Of a DNA stretch of 64,000 bases, positions 13,114 through 25,760 are shown in pieces. The notes below the pieces were generated by a model, which saw nothing but the letters and a program-made list of their open reading frames with translations, was not told where the DNA came from and did no database searches. The translations under genes were made by a program, and so were the position numbers. This stretch comes from Callorhinchus milii (taxonomy: Eukaryota): NCBI RefSeq assembly GCF_018977255.1, contig NW_024704743.1:89158001-89222000 (forward strand), read 5' to 3'. The first letter of the stretch is position 1; each line of letters opens with the position of its first letter.

Positions 13114-16100
13114 CTCAAAATATCAGGAGGTCGTTTCAAATTGCTTCATAGGATTTATTGTGAAGTGGAGTGACTTTGTTTTGTGCGTAAATGCACAGGA
13201 CTATAATCATAATCCTTGCCGATTATTCCTAAAATTAAACTATTATTAATAAGTGCAAGAAGTACTATGCACAATAGAATATTCAATTATCTAAGTCTAC
13301 CCTTTCTTTACAGCTGCCATTCCTATTTTAAATGGACAATTATTTAGTTCAATTTTAGAATTGATTGGCAAAGTATCAGCTATATTTGCTGCGAATAGCC
13401 TGGCTCACTTGATTGTTCTCTGACCGCTGAGTCAGAAAGTTGTGGGTTCAAGTTGGGACTTGGAATTTATATGTCAAGGCTGACACTCTGATGCAGTGCT
13501 GGAGGTGCTGTGCTACAGATGAAATGTTAAACTGAGGTCCTATCTGCCTGTTTGGGTGGATGTTATAGATCTCATGGCACTATTGAAAAGAAAAGGGAAT
13601 TTCTCATGGCTATACACTACTCACTACACTAACGTCACTACACTTTACAGTAAAATCCAGTGAAGTGCTTTCAGAATTGCGCCTCATACTTTCTGGAATC
13701 AGGTAAGCAGATTGCATCCCTCCAGGGAGAGTGTGCATTCCATTCCAACAACTTATCTCTGGAATCTCCGTGGGTAAGTAGGAATGCATGGAATTACCAT
13801 TCTAATTGGGGAGGTTTCCTCTCGGAGTCCTCCACCATTAGGACCAAAGCCACTTGAGTAATATGTGCAAAACACTAAGTGGCTCCACATCTCTTTGTGA
13901 ATCATGCTGTCTTCGGTTCAGTGCTATTGCTTGAGAACTCAATAAGAACTCAAGGGGTAATTCATGTTGCTGTGATCGGAGACATAGTCATCTCTCTATC
14001 AGACCTGATGTTCAGCTGAGAAACCTAGCCATCACATGAGTTAGTATGAGTCACAAACAGACCGTGTGTCACTGAGTACAGGGAGCCTCATATAATGATT
14101 CCTCTTTGGGTTGTTAGATAAGCAATGGTCCTTGATACAAGATGTCAAAATCGAGTTAACCCTCTATGATGGTCTCTATACAATACAAGCTTACATTTGT
14201 ATATCGTCTTTCACGTCGGGAGGACATCCCAAGGTGTGCTGGACTGTCAGGGATTTGGACATGAGCAGGAGAGGGGTGGGAGCTTAAGGAGAGTAGGAGG
14301 GTGGCCAAAGCATGGTTTAAGAGGAGCGACAGTGGTCTGATTCTTGAGCTAGGTGAGTTTGCAATACTCCAGGGTAGCCTCCCTGGCTCATCATTGGCAC
14401 TGAGACCAGGATTCTTCTCACTAGAGACTTGCTAACCATGCAAGCCCAAGCAAGGTTGGTTCCTCTATGTAGGCAAGTATAACTTAACAGGTAGGTTGGT
14501 TCCTTTGTGTAGCTAATCTGAATGTCCCACAAAATGAGTGACAATGAGGAAGAAAAAGAAAACAAAGGAAGAAAGAGAAAAGAAAGTAAAAAGAAAATGA
14601 AGTCAACAGGGCTTGTATTTGGAGTATCAACCAACCTGTGCTTGCGGAGCGGGTTGGTGGCCTGAATCAAGCCTATATTCTTTTAGCAGCTTTTCAGCTG
14701 GTGACAGGGAAACAGTCCCTCACGTCAGTTAAAGTCACATGCTGTGTCACCTTTATTGTTTTTGGGTAATATGCTCCAAGCACTCTGAGACATTATCCTG
14801 CAAAATGAAGTACTATATAAATACAAGTTGTTGATGTTTGCTTTTTGAAGCTGTTGCTGCTGGGTGGGAAGGTTATGAATAATTTCTTGGCAGATTTTGC
14901 TGACATGCATTTGGAACAGAAGCTGTGGATGTTGGTGCTGGATTCTGCATGTTGAAGTCAGCATCTTCCCTTCCTGATGTATTCCATGCTCATCTGTTAT
15001 GCTCAGCTCGATCAAACTAGCCAATTTCATAATAGATAAAACTTGTGACCTGTATTTCCATGCATCTGTGATACAGAGTAGCATTCATTTCAGTTTCTGT
15101 TGAATCATTGAACTGTATTGTGACAGGAATCATGTGATCAGTCAAAATATATTTTGTTAATACTGATACACTGATTCAATTCCTGTGGGGGCTAAGAATT
15201 TAAGCCTCTTGCTTATACTTTTGAAAATATCTTTTATTCGCTGACTTGGATGGTTGAGCCTAATATTGTGGGAAAGGAAGAACATTTAGTGTCAATTTGC
15301 AGCATTAAGTAAAACTAATCCACGTGACAGTGTAATAGATTAGATTAATTTTAATAGAGGCCAACATCCGCTCATAGATTTCTGCTGAAATTCTGGATGC
15401 ACAGAATAATACTGCCTGCATGATGTTGAATAGCTAAATTAGGTTTTTTTGCTTCTCTGTATCATTGCCCAGTGACTTGGAATGATTCAACATTATTACT
15501 ACTGAGTAGTTTACACATCTATCAGAACAACCCAAGCTCAGTGCGTTTGAATACCCCAATAAATAATGGTACCTGGAAAACATTCATTAAATTGATTTTC
15601 TTTACAAAAAATGAAATAAACTTTATCAGCAGGATATGCCCATATTGATATTATCATATTCCGTACATCCAGAACAGAATTGTTTGGACCGTTTACTATT
15701 CCATTGAAGAGGAATGGAAATGTATTCTGAATAAGGTCGAGAATTGTTCTAACACAATACTTCAAGGTAATAATAGTAACATTCAGAGACTGAACTGCAG
15801 TTATCCCTGAATGAACACTGTAGTGCTTGCTGCATGTAACCTAAGGCAGTGCGATGATATTAGATTTTCTGTTTGAATCATAACAAAATCCTTCATTTTC
15901 ATTCCTTCTACTCACTTTTGCCAAGCATTGTGCATGATGGCTGTTGCAAAGCATAGTCTGCCAAAAGGTGCAGTGAAGCAAAACCCTAGAAAGCAAAATC
16001 TTTCTTGGCCTGAAGTTCTTACACATTGTTAGTCACGTTGCTCGTTACTATTCCATAAGGCATTGGCATACAAAACACAGTCACTACACTTTTATAGTAG

Positions 16101-16378
16101 ATTCTGTGAAGTGCTTTGAGATGTCCTCCTGATATGAAAGGTGCTATATCACATGTAAGAATTATTATGACTATTTTTTATTATTAGATGACCATGGACA
16201 ATGACTTTTCTTCAATAAATGAAGGTGATGCACCTTTCATGATAGGAAGATGTCTCAAAGTGCTTCACAGAGCTGATTGTAAAATTACTAAAGTAGTATC
16301 AAGGTTGCTTTAAAGGTCGGGAAGTGAAAGGCAGAAGAACTCTGAGATGAAGTTCCAGAGACTAGGTGATAAAAATCG

Positions 16379-16761
16379 TAATAATAATCCTTGCATTTGA
16401 TATAGTGCCTTATTACATCTTTGAGATGTCTCAAAGCACTTCAGAATATACTGTGAAGTGAATTGACTGTATATTTTGTGGGTGAAAGGGGGCACTCAAT
16501 TGCGCACAGCAGTGTCCCAGAAACAATTGTGGTTTGAGAGACAAAATTATTTTTAAATTTATTTTTGAAGGAATTATTACCCCGGGAAAAGCGATCCACC
16601 AATTAACTGACAACCAGGTTCCTACTTACTGCTTGGTAAACAGAGGTGTGTGGAGTAATGAAACTTGCCCAACTGGGAATCGAACCCAGCTGCTGGTAAT
16701 CAAACCCAAGTCCTTTTGCTTGCGAGGCGAGTGCTCTAACCACTGAGCTACAGGACTCCAC
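16379..16761 (-). mobile_element. tRNA(Ala)-derived Deu SINE, long subfamily; a partial second copy follows at ~16764-16950
   Basis: Reverse complement of full head (..cactgagctacaggactccac), core and tail. Confidence 0.9.
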
Positions 16762-18324
16762 AATATAATAATAATCCTTGCATTTGATATAGCGCTTTTC
16801 ACGTCTTCTCGACATCTCAAAGCACTTCACAGAATAGACTGTAAAGTGAATTGACCATATATTTGTGGGCGAAAACTAATTGGTTTTAATTGGTTAATTG
16901 GTGAATCGCTTTTCCTGGGGTAATAATTCCTTCAAAAATAAATTAAAAATTAAATAACTGTAATATATCACCTTATCACATCAATGAGATGTCTCTAAGT
17001 GCATTTTACTGTAAATGTAGTAACTCCATTTGTTGGTGAACGCAGCAGTCAATATGCACATAACCATGTCCCATAAACAGCTATGGAGTGAGTAACCAAT
17101 ATTATTTAAGAGGATTGTTGGGCAGGCACTGGGAGAAACTCCTTTCTCTTTTTTGAGTAATGCCATGGGAAATTTAACATTCACCTGAAATAGGTGGACG
17201 GGACCACAGTTTAAAGTCTCATCCGAAGTATGGCACTTCTTACAATGCAACATACCTCCAGCACTGCATCGAGTGACATCTTAGGACTATGTGAGTTCAA
17301 GTCCCAATGTGAGGCCTGAATGAAGAGCCAGGCTGAAGAGAAAGAGTGGACCATATTGATGGTTCCCTTTCTTTGATGGACACCATAATGTTTTGTGTTT
17401 TGTTGCTTCCAGTTGGTATAATTCAGGTGGTGAAACTGATCTAATAGCAACTTCTGAGTTGCAGTCAGCCAGGAACGAAACTTGTGACCTGCTGGTTAAG
17501 AGTCAAACTATGCTTGAGCTACTGAGCCAGCTGTCACAAGTTATTAGGAGCGACAGATACCATGGTCCACTAGAGGCTAGCTGCGTGCACGTGTAATTAG
17601 CCTATGTTCTGGAACTAGAGAAGAAGACTTTTCATGCAGGGCAAGTATGATTTAACACTGCCTGCAAAAGCTCACAGATGGGTTAGAAGCAGGAGCTTTT
17701 GGAAGAAATTCAAATCAATGAGGGAAGTTACAGTAAATAGGCAGCAGCCAGAGCAGTGACGTAAATTAGGGATCTCTCTTCCGATCGAAGTATAATGTGG
17801 TTGAAGTGCCAAGTGGTTGGGCTATTCATTTCAAGTCAAAGTCATTCATTCTGTCAACAGATTCCTTGCACAAAAGCAACACTGTCGTCTCTCTAATTCA
17901 CAGAATACAAGCTCCAACAAACAAGCCAGAAAGTACAGCTGAGATTAGCTCCTAGTTCAATATTGCCCTATGTAGGTGGTTTCTCAATGGATAGGAATAA
18001 ACTGTACCTTGAATGAATCAAAATTCCCTTTGAATTGTTAAATTGACAAAAATCTGAATTTAGAAATAATGGTTTATGAATTTATCTTGACATTTACTGC
18101 ACTCAGCCATTGCCATCTGTTTCTCTAAATTGTCCTCTTTGTTTATCCCACTTTCCAGTTCTCTCCTCGTATTGTTTTGGGGACTGGAACTATCCATAGA
18201 CAGGTGGGGAAATTTACATTTATGCAATAATTGACTTCAAGCAAACTTTTGAACTAGTTACAGATAAAAATGAGAGATTAGATGTGGATGGGACTGATGC
18301 TAGAAATTACACTCAGAACAAGAC

Positions 18325-18425
18325 TACCTGTAATCTAAAATAAAAACAGAAATCACTGGGAACACACAGCAGGTCAGGCAGCATCTGTAGACAGAGGAAA
18401 ATTAGTTAATCTTTCAGGTCGATGA
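18325..18425 (-). mobile_element. Penelope terminal-repeat fragment
   Basis: aaaacagaaatcactgggaacacacagcaggtcaggcagcatctgtaga matches the other PLE termini. Confidence 0.75.
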
Positions 18426-21400
18426 TTTTTTTGAGACCTATAATCTAAATTGTGTACTTAGGTCAATTATTTTGCTTATTATTCAGAGGTAGATAAAAGA
18501 GGCCGCTCTATAAATCTATTATTTTCAGCAACTATGAGCAACATCAATATTTACCCTATCATATCTACCATATCATACACTCTGGACTGAAATGAGATCT
18601 CTAATTGTGATGGTCTCTCTTCTATTGTCCCTGGGAAAATCCCTTTGAATTTACCCCTACCCTTTACTCCATCTTTATCTCCCCTACTCTCATACTCACC
18701 TTTCCTTTTTCTTGGGAATATATTCCTATTTATCCTTACCCTAAGAAAGGTGATCTTACTGTTCGAAATTGTCAAGAAACATTGCAGTCATGCATTGCAG
18801 CACTAAATCAACAACAAATTGCTTTTATACTGCACCCTTCACACAGACTAGCGTTTCGGAGCACTAAATCAGAACCATAGGCAGCGTTAATGGAACTTTT
18901 GTGCTTCAGAACATTCAGTGGTACATCCAAAGGCACATTCCCCAGCAGTTGTTGACACACTGAGGTTGGTATAGCAAGGGTGCATAGATCCTTGGTGTAT
19001 CTAAAGGCAAAAAATATTTTCGACACATTGACATACCATTTTGGCAGGCTCCTCCTGCTGCTTCTCAGAAAACTCTTTGAAGACAGACTGATGTGTTTTA
19101 GATAAAAGGTACAAGCCAGCTGTCATGGTTTGGCCCAACTGCTAGCTCAATACCACAAAGGTACTGAGATTACAGCAATTATTGTCATAGCTGTCTCTAT
19201 ATATAGCCTTTATCACAACTGGGAAGCCCAAATCAATTACTCCGGTTATGCAGATGGCCCCTAGTGTGCTCTTTGTCCAACACTCTGGTAGGTAGATCTC
19301 ATACCAAGCAGCAAAAAAACCCACTTCATCCATTAGATCATGCAGCAACTCTGAGACTCAGAGCCTACTGTACACACAAACCTGGAGAGGAGACTAACAC
19401 TGCAGTGGTCAATCCATGTCTAGCAACAAATGGATGGTATCTTCTTGCCTTGTACTGTGCTAATCCTTTGTGAGTTGTCTAAATTCATTCTACTTGCATA
19501 TACCCTCTTGTTATATGGCAGTGTTCAGTGTGGCTATGCCTTGCATTTTACCAACATTTTATTTGACCCTTGTTACATTTCTACATTATAGAAGGATACC
19601 CGACCCTACCCTGTGACACTCAGATTATGTATTACTCATCTCTAGATTATGTATTTTCTTTCTGCAACAAGAACAACAACTTGCATTTATATAGGGCTCC
19701 TCAGGCAGGGTAGCATCCCAGAATGTTTGGAAGCCCCATCACCATCATCGGTGGCCAGGTCTTTCTTTCTTACGACTCATCTCTGGAATTCCTTCTCTCT
19801 CTCACTCTATCTCAACCCATCTTCTTCTGCCTTTATGTCCAACTACAAATTTTACCTCTTTGAACATACTCCCTCCCTCCTCTCCCTTATTCAGTGTCCA
19901 ATGCCATCTCTTTGAAGAATTCTGAGAAGTTACTCTAGATGAAAGGCACTATGTAAATTTAAGTTATTGTTTTTGTCCTCAGACTTCCCTCCATTACGTT
20001 CAGCAGCCTTACAATCTTCTGCCAAGCTCTTAGTCATGCCTATACAGGGTCACCACTGGCAAAACACAGTACAATATCTGACTGATGCAGAGCAGTTTCA
20101 ACTAAGGCAGTCAGCCCATTTGCAGTGAACCTTGCTTTCCTCTCTGCTACTTTCTGACTCATTTTTCTTTGACAAACGACAGCTGTATTCCTGAATGCAT
20201 CACCTTCAAATGATAATTTGGGACATTAACCATCAAAGCAGAATCTCCACATCGAAACACCTGTAGTTGGTTGGAACTCAATTCACAAATTGACGCAAAC
20301 ATTTATCTCATTTATGCAGTAATTTCATCATGTTATGCTCAGGTTCCTATGGATCAATGCTATCTTTTCTAGTATATTGATCTCAAGTGTCTGCAAAAAG
20401 AAATAGTCCCTCGATGGCTCCTTACCCGCAAAGTGAGATTGTAAACCGGCCATGTGAGGCATATACACCATTCAAAGGCAGGGCACTGTGGCTCGCTGCT
20501 CCATTCCACCACTGTGCTACTCCATGGAATCTTGTTTTAATAATTCATGTAAAACAGTTGATAAATAGATTTATTGCAATAATAAACTCATCCAGCTGCT
20601 GCCCAAATCATTACAGAGCCATGGAGCAATTTCATTAAGCGTCAGGATCATTGCTGAGTTTGAGCCGCTCGCTGATAGTGTTTTTAACCGTTTCAAACAA
20701 TGATTCTATCACTTAGCACCTGAGGAGTCACAGAAATTAATAGCATTGGTTGGTGACAGGGTGACATGAAAGGAACTTGTCTTGAAATATCTATATTACT
20801 ATAATAGTCCCAAATTGTCATTTAATAAACTCACCACAGGAAATCGACATAATGAGGCTATTATTAGATGTTATAATATCAGAGCAAAAATTGAAAAGCT
20901 GCCTGCAGTTAACATTGCTTGGTAAGTAACTCTTCACAATCTATGTATTTTTGAAGTTTGCTGCAAAACCGTTCAAATGTACTGTAAGTACCTTTCAAAG
21001 GAGTATAAGGGAGCATAGTGTTTATGTTCAGATTTACAGACTTTCAGAGAATGCTAAAATGGACAGAGATATGTTAGCAGACCTGAGACTTCACTCCATA
21101 GGTTCCCCACGTAGTGTTCCCAGACCATGATCAGTCTTTTCCAATACTGTACATCATACAATTCTGCAATTTTCTTCAACATTTCCCTGTATATTTTTAC
21201 CAAATTACGTAACATACACTGAGAAAAATGTTAAAATAGCACTCCCTTTCCCTTCTTTTCTCTCTTTGTCCCTATTCTTTCTGCAACAAGAACAAAAACT
21301 TGCGTTTATATAGGGCCCCCCTCGCAGGGTAGCATCCCAGAGTGCTTGGGTCACTACCCTACCTGAGGGCTATCCTCCCCTACTTAAAAAAAGAAACAAT

Positions 21401-21809
21401 AATAAACTGCTCACTTCAATCCATGACTGTTTGTGGGACACTGCTGTGTGCAAATGGCTGCCTTGTTTCACCCACAAAATACAGTCAATTAATTTTACAG
21501 TATATTGTGTGAAGCGCTTTGAGATGCCTTGAAGACGTGAAAAGCACTATATCAAATGAATTATTATTATTTTCACTCTGTTCTTTGTTTTAACTTTTTA
21601 AACTATTCTATCATTTTTTCTACGTCTGCCTCTTTCTTCCAGCTCCTGCTATTCAGTTTGAAAGGTGAGAGCTTCATGGCTGTGGGATATTGCTGTGCAC
21701 AGATTGGTTGCCACGTTCACATATAAATACACAATCGTTACACTTTACAGTAAGCGCTTTGAGACTAAATCCCAAAACTCAGTATATCAAATGCAAAGAT
21801 AATGAAAAC

Positions 21810-22050
21810 CTTCATTCCTGCTCATATCCAAGTGAATCTATGTTGTACCTTTTGCATTGCTTTTATGTGCTTCAAAACTATGCACAATACTCCTACTGTG
21901 GTCTAACTTTAGTTTGGTGTAAGTTCAACATTACATCTTTCTTTTTGTGCTTGATGCCTTTGAATACAAAACCAAAGATTCTGTTTGTCTTTTTTATTGT
22001 GTCATGATAAAAATTCACTTTATACCAAAAGGCATATTTAGTGATCTGTG
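21810..22050 (-). mobile_element. Old CR1 RT fragment
   Basis: Reverse complement reads like LYxTLVRPxLEYCxQFW (aactatgcacaatactcctactgtggtctaac). Confidence 0.6.
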
Positions 22051-22799
22051 TAATGATTGCTAAAGTTATGGTTTATGAATGTAATGAATTGTTGGCTGGT
22101 TCATTTCAGTCTATGAGCAATTTCATTTATGTTCCTCTACAAAATAGTGTAGAACAAGATTCCGTATTGCCATTTGGCCAAATGCACTGATCCCTATCAT
22201 TTTAAAACTCATTCCAGTAAAATGAATCAGTCCTGGTGCTCAGAACAAAGCAAATGAAATTAGATCAATAACAAACTGAACAGCGCAAGCCCTGGCATGG
22301 TAACTGCTTTGCTTAATTATAGTTTGCATGACTTTGCTAAATGTTAATGTATAAAAAGTATTTATCAGTTAACCAAATCTGTCAAGAGAAATCTATTGCA
22401 GTATTAATTTACCAGCATTCTGTTAATAATTTGCTAACGTTTTCATATTATTTTCTAATTCTTTGACAGATCGAAAATAGCAGTAAAATTGACATGATTG
22501 AGAGCCCTGCTGGAATAAAGATTTGATGTAGAAGTTGACTTGACTCTCTCCTATCATTTATCTGTAATCATCTCCAAAGATTTCCAGGAAGAACAGAATG
22601 TTGCTAAGCTACAGTATCATTTCATGGCTGTTTGTGGAACATTGCTGTTTGCAGATTGGCTGACACATTTGTTTACAAAAGTAGTCTTAAACTTCACAAT
22701 TAAAATTGTGTGAAGGGTTTTGAGATGTTTTGATGATGTCTAAAGCATTTCAGAGTATATATTTACATATATATACATATCCTATATAAAATGTAGGAT

Positions 22800-23177
22800 G
22801 ATTATTATAATAATAAGCCTTCAATTGATATAGGGCCTTATCACATCTTCGAGATGTCTAAAAGAGCTTCACAGAATATACTATAAAGTGAATTGACTGT
22901 ATATTTTGTGAGTGAAACACGGCAGCCAATTGTGCACAGCAGTGTCCCACTAACAGTCATGGATTGAGTGACCTAATTATTTTTTATAAAAAAAACTTTG
23001 AAGGAATTACTACCCCCTGAAATGTGATCTTCCAATCAATTAACAACTGAGTTCCTACTTACTGCTAGGTAAACAGAGACATGTGGAGTAAGGAAGTTGT
23101 CATTCTGCTCAGGAATCGAACCCAGGTCTTCTCGCTTGTGAGACAAGGGCTTTAATCACAAAGCTACAGGACTCCAC
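22800..23177 (-). mobile_element. tRNA(Ala)-derived Deu SINE, long subfamily
   Basis: Full reverse-complement copy ending gctacaggactccac. Confidence 0.9.
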
Positions 23178-23221
23178 AATAATAATTATTAATAGTTATT
23201 ATTATTAGACATGGCCTGGGA

Positions 23222-24320
23222 CAGGGTGGTTAAATTGATGGCTGGAGGCTGCATCTGGCCCTGGGGATGATTTCATCTGGCCGTGAATACAATAAAGCAC
23301 TTGGACTTGGGTTTGATTCCCGGCAGGGTGGAATGTTGGGCAAGTTTCCTTACTCCACACACCTCTGTTTACCTAGCTGTAAGTAGGAACTCGGTTGTTA
23401 GTTGATTGGCAGATCGCTCTTCCAGGGATAATAATGCCTTAAAAAAAATTAATAATAATTTGGTCACTCAATCGATGGCTGTTTGCGGGTCACTGCTATG
23501 TAGGAATCCAGTTGTTAGTCGATTGACGGATCGCTTTTCTGGGGGTAATAATTCCTTAAAAGAAAATGATAACAATTTGGTCACTCAATCCACGATTATT
23601 TTGCCCACAAAATATACAGTCAATTCAATTTACAGTATATTCTGTGAAGCGCTTTGATACGTCTCAAAGACATGATAAGGCACTATATCAAATGCAAGGA
23701 TTATTATTATTACAGTCGTACTGTGTGTCTGGAACCCAGGTTTGTTCTGACCTGGCAAGGAAAACAGCAGCGCAAGGCGGATAGCAGCAAAACCTGTCAA
23801 TCACTTTCAATCCGGTAAAAGGAGAGAGAGAAATAGACAGATAGAAGAGATACAGAGAGATAGAGATACTCATAAACAGGGAGAGAGAGAGAGAAACGGA
23901 GATACACACAGGTAAAGATAGTCAATTCACTTTACAGTATATTCTGTGAGATAACATCCTATATCTTTGAGATAAGGTGCTATATCAATTGCAAGAATTA
24001 TTATTAAAGAGAGAGAGACATTCACAGATATAGAGAGAGATACAGAGACACACACAGACAGAGTGAGATACAGACACTGATATCTCACCATTGGCTGTAT
24101 TATTGTTTTTAAAATGTGTATGAAGTTTTACATTGCCTATTTAAATTTTTATTGTAACTAAAATATAGTAAAATTAAGTGATAAAGTTGGATAATTTGAA
24201 ACTTGATTTCTAGGATTCTTACAGGTTATATTTCCGGAAGGAAAGTATTGCTTGCGCGGCCCACACACTTTTCAAAATCTGGCTTCCAGCCCTCAGCAGC
24301 CAAAAGGATGGATCACCCTG
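23222..24320. mobile_element. Probable non-autonomous hAT (Charlie-like) DNA transposon carrying SINE insertions
   Basis: Ends CAGGGTG.. / ..CACCCTG with GGCC-rich subterminal motifs (gctgcatctggccc; gcgcggccc). The 8-bp flanks gcctggga / agctagga match at 5 of 8 positions and resemble an nnCTAGnn target. Confidence 0.55.
23295..23712 (+). mobile_element. tRNA-derived Deu SINE with internal tandem duplication
   Basis: The block ggaa..gttgttagt..gatcgct..ggtcactcaatc occurs twice (~23385-23475 and ~23503-23592). Confidence 0.85.
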
Positions 24321-24589
24321 AGCTAGGATATTGCCCTGTTTTTAAGGGTCTCTTGCTAGAGCTTTCGTCTTCGGTAGCAGAAGCAAACTATTGCAGTTTC
24401 TCATTGGCCCCTTGATGAGTCTGATAAATAAGTAAGGAAATCCTCACACAGTTGCCTGCACCCATATTGTGCCTTTGCATTACGGCTGTCTTCTGCCACT
24501 TTTGTTTCTGATTCGTTTTACATATAATGTTCCTTATGTCAAATTTCCTTCATAGCTGAAAGGTAAGACCAATCTAACCATTTTACAAA

Positions 24590-25760
24590 ATGCAAAATAC
24601 TTCTGGAAATCTGAAACAGCAATCCCAGCAACAAAAACAGAAGTTGCTGGGAACACTCAGCAGGTCAGGCAGCATCTATGGAGAAAGGAAAGTGAGCTAA
24701 CTTTTCGGGTCCACAAATTCTCCGCCATTTCCGGCACCTCCGGTGTGATCCAACCACTAAACATATCTTCCCCTCCCCTCTCAGCATTCGGAAGGGACCG
24801 TTCTCTCCGTGACTTCCTGGTTCATTCCTCCATCACCACCAACAGTTGTTCTTTGCCCCCCAGTACCTTCCCATGCCAGCGCAGGAGATGCATTACCTGC
24901 CCGTTCACCTTCTCCCATAGCACTTTTCAGGGCCACAAAAACAATCTTCAACTGAGACAGTGATTTACGTGCACTACCACCAATGTAGTTTACTGCATTT
25001 GCTGCTCACGATGTGGTCTCTCCATTGGGGAGACCAAAGCAGATTGGGCGATCGATTTGCCGAACACTTCCATTCTGTCCCCAAGCACAAACCTGAGCTT
25101 CCAGTTTCTTGCCACTTCAACTCTCCCTCCCACTCGTACTCTGACCTCTCTTTGAGTGCTCTGAGACGCTACCCTGCATGGACGGCACTATATAAGTGTA
25201 AGCTGTTGTTCCCCATCCAGGTCTCCTACGCTGTTCCAATAAACCACAACACAAGCTCGAGGAACAGCACTTCATTTATCTGCTAGGGACCTTACAGCCC
25301 TCTGGCCTCAATATTGATTTCAATAGTTTCAGACCATAATAGTTCACCTTCCCCCTCCCCCTTTTCTGTGACTATTACCACATCATCTGGGTCCCAGACA
25401 TACCTTTTCTCTCTCTGGTCTGCCTGTTTTGTTAAAATTCATCCCCCCCACCTATGTCTTACATTATTCACACCTCGTCCCCCCTGTTTTGTTGCAATTC
25501 TCTCCCCCCCCCCCCCCCCGGCCCACCTTGTTTTACATCATTAACACCTCTTTAACCCATCATACCCTGTCCTCTACCCCATTTTCTCCTTTGTCTTCCT
25601 TGCCCTGCTCCGCCTTCTCCATTAGTCCTTAAAAGCCTCTCCCTCCCAACATGCTTCATTGTTGATGAAGGGTCGTGGACCCAAAACATTGACTCGCTTT
25701 CCTTTCTCCATAAGTTGCCTGACCTGCTGAGTGTTCCCAGCGACTTCTGTTTTTTGTTTC
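24590..25760 (+). mobile_element. Penelope-like element, 5'-truncated, with inverted 5' terminal repeat
   Basis: 24590-24714 is the reverse complement of the terminal repeat. The body encodes decayed PLE linker/GIY-YIG (PPLSAFGRDRSLRDFLVHS, FPCQRRRCITCPF, RLGDRFAEH, LEEQHFIYLLGTLQPSGLNIDF). Plus-strand terminal repeat at ~25640-25760. Confidence 0.9.
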
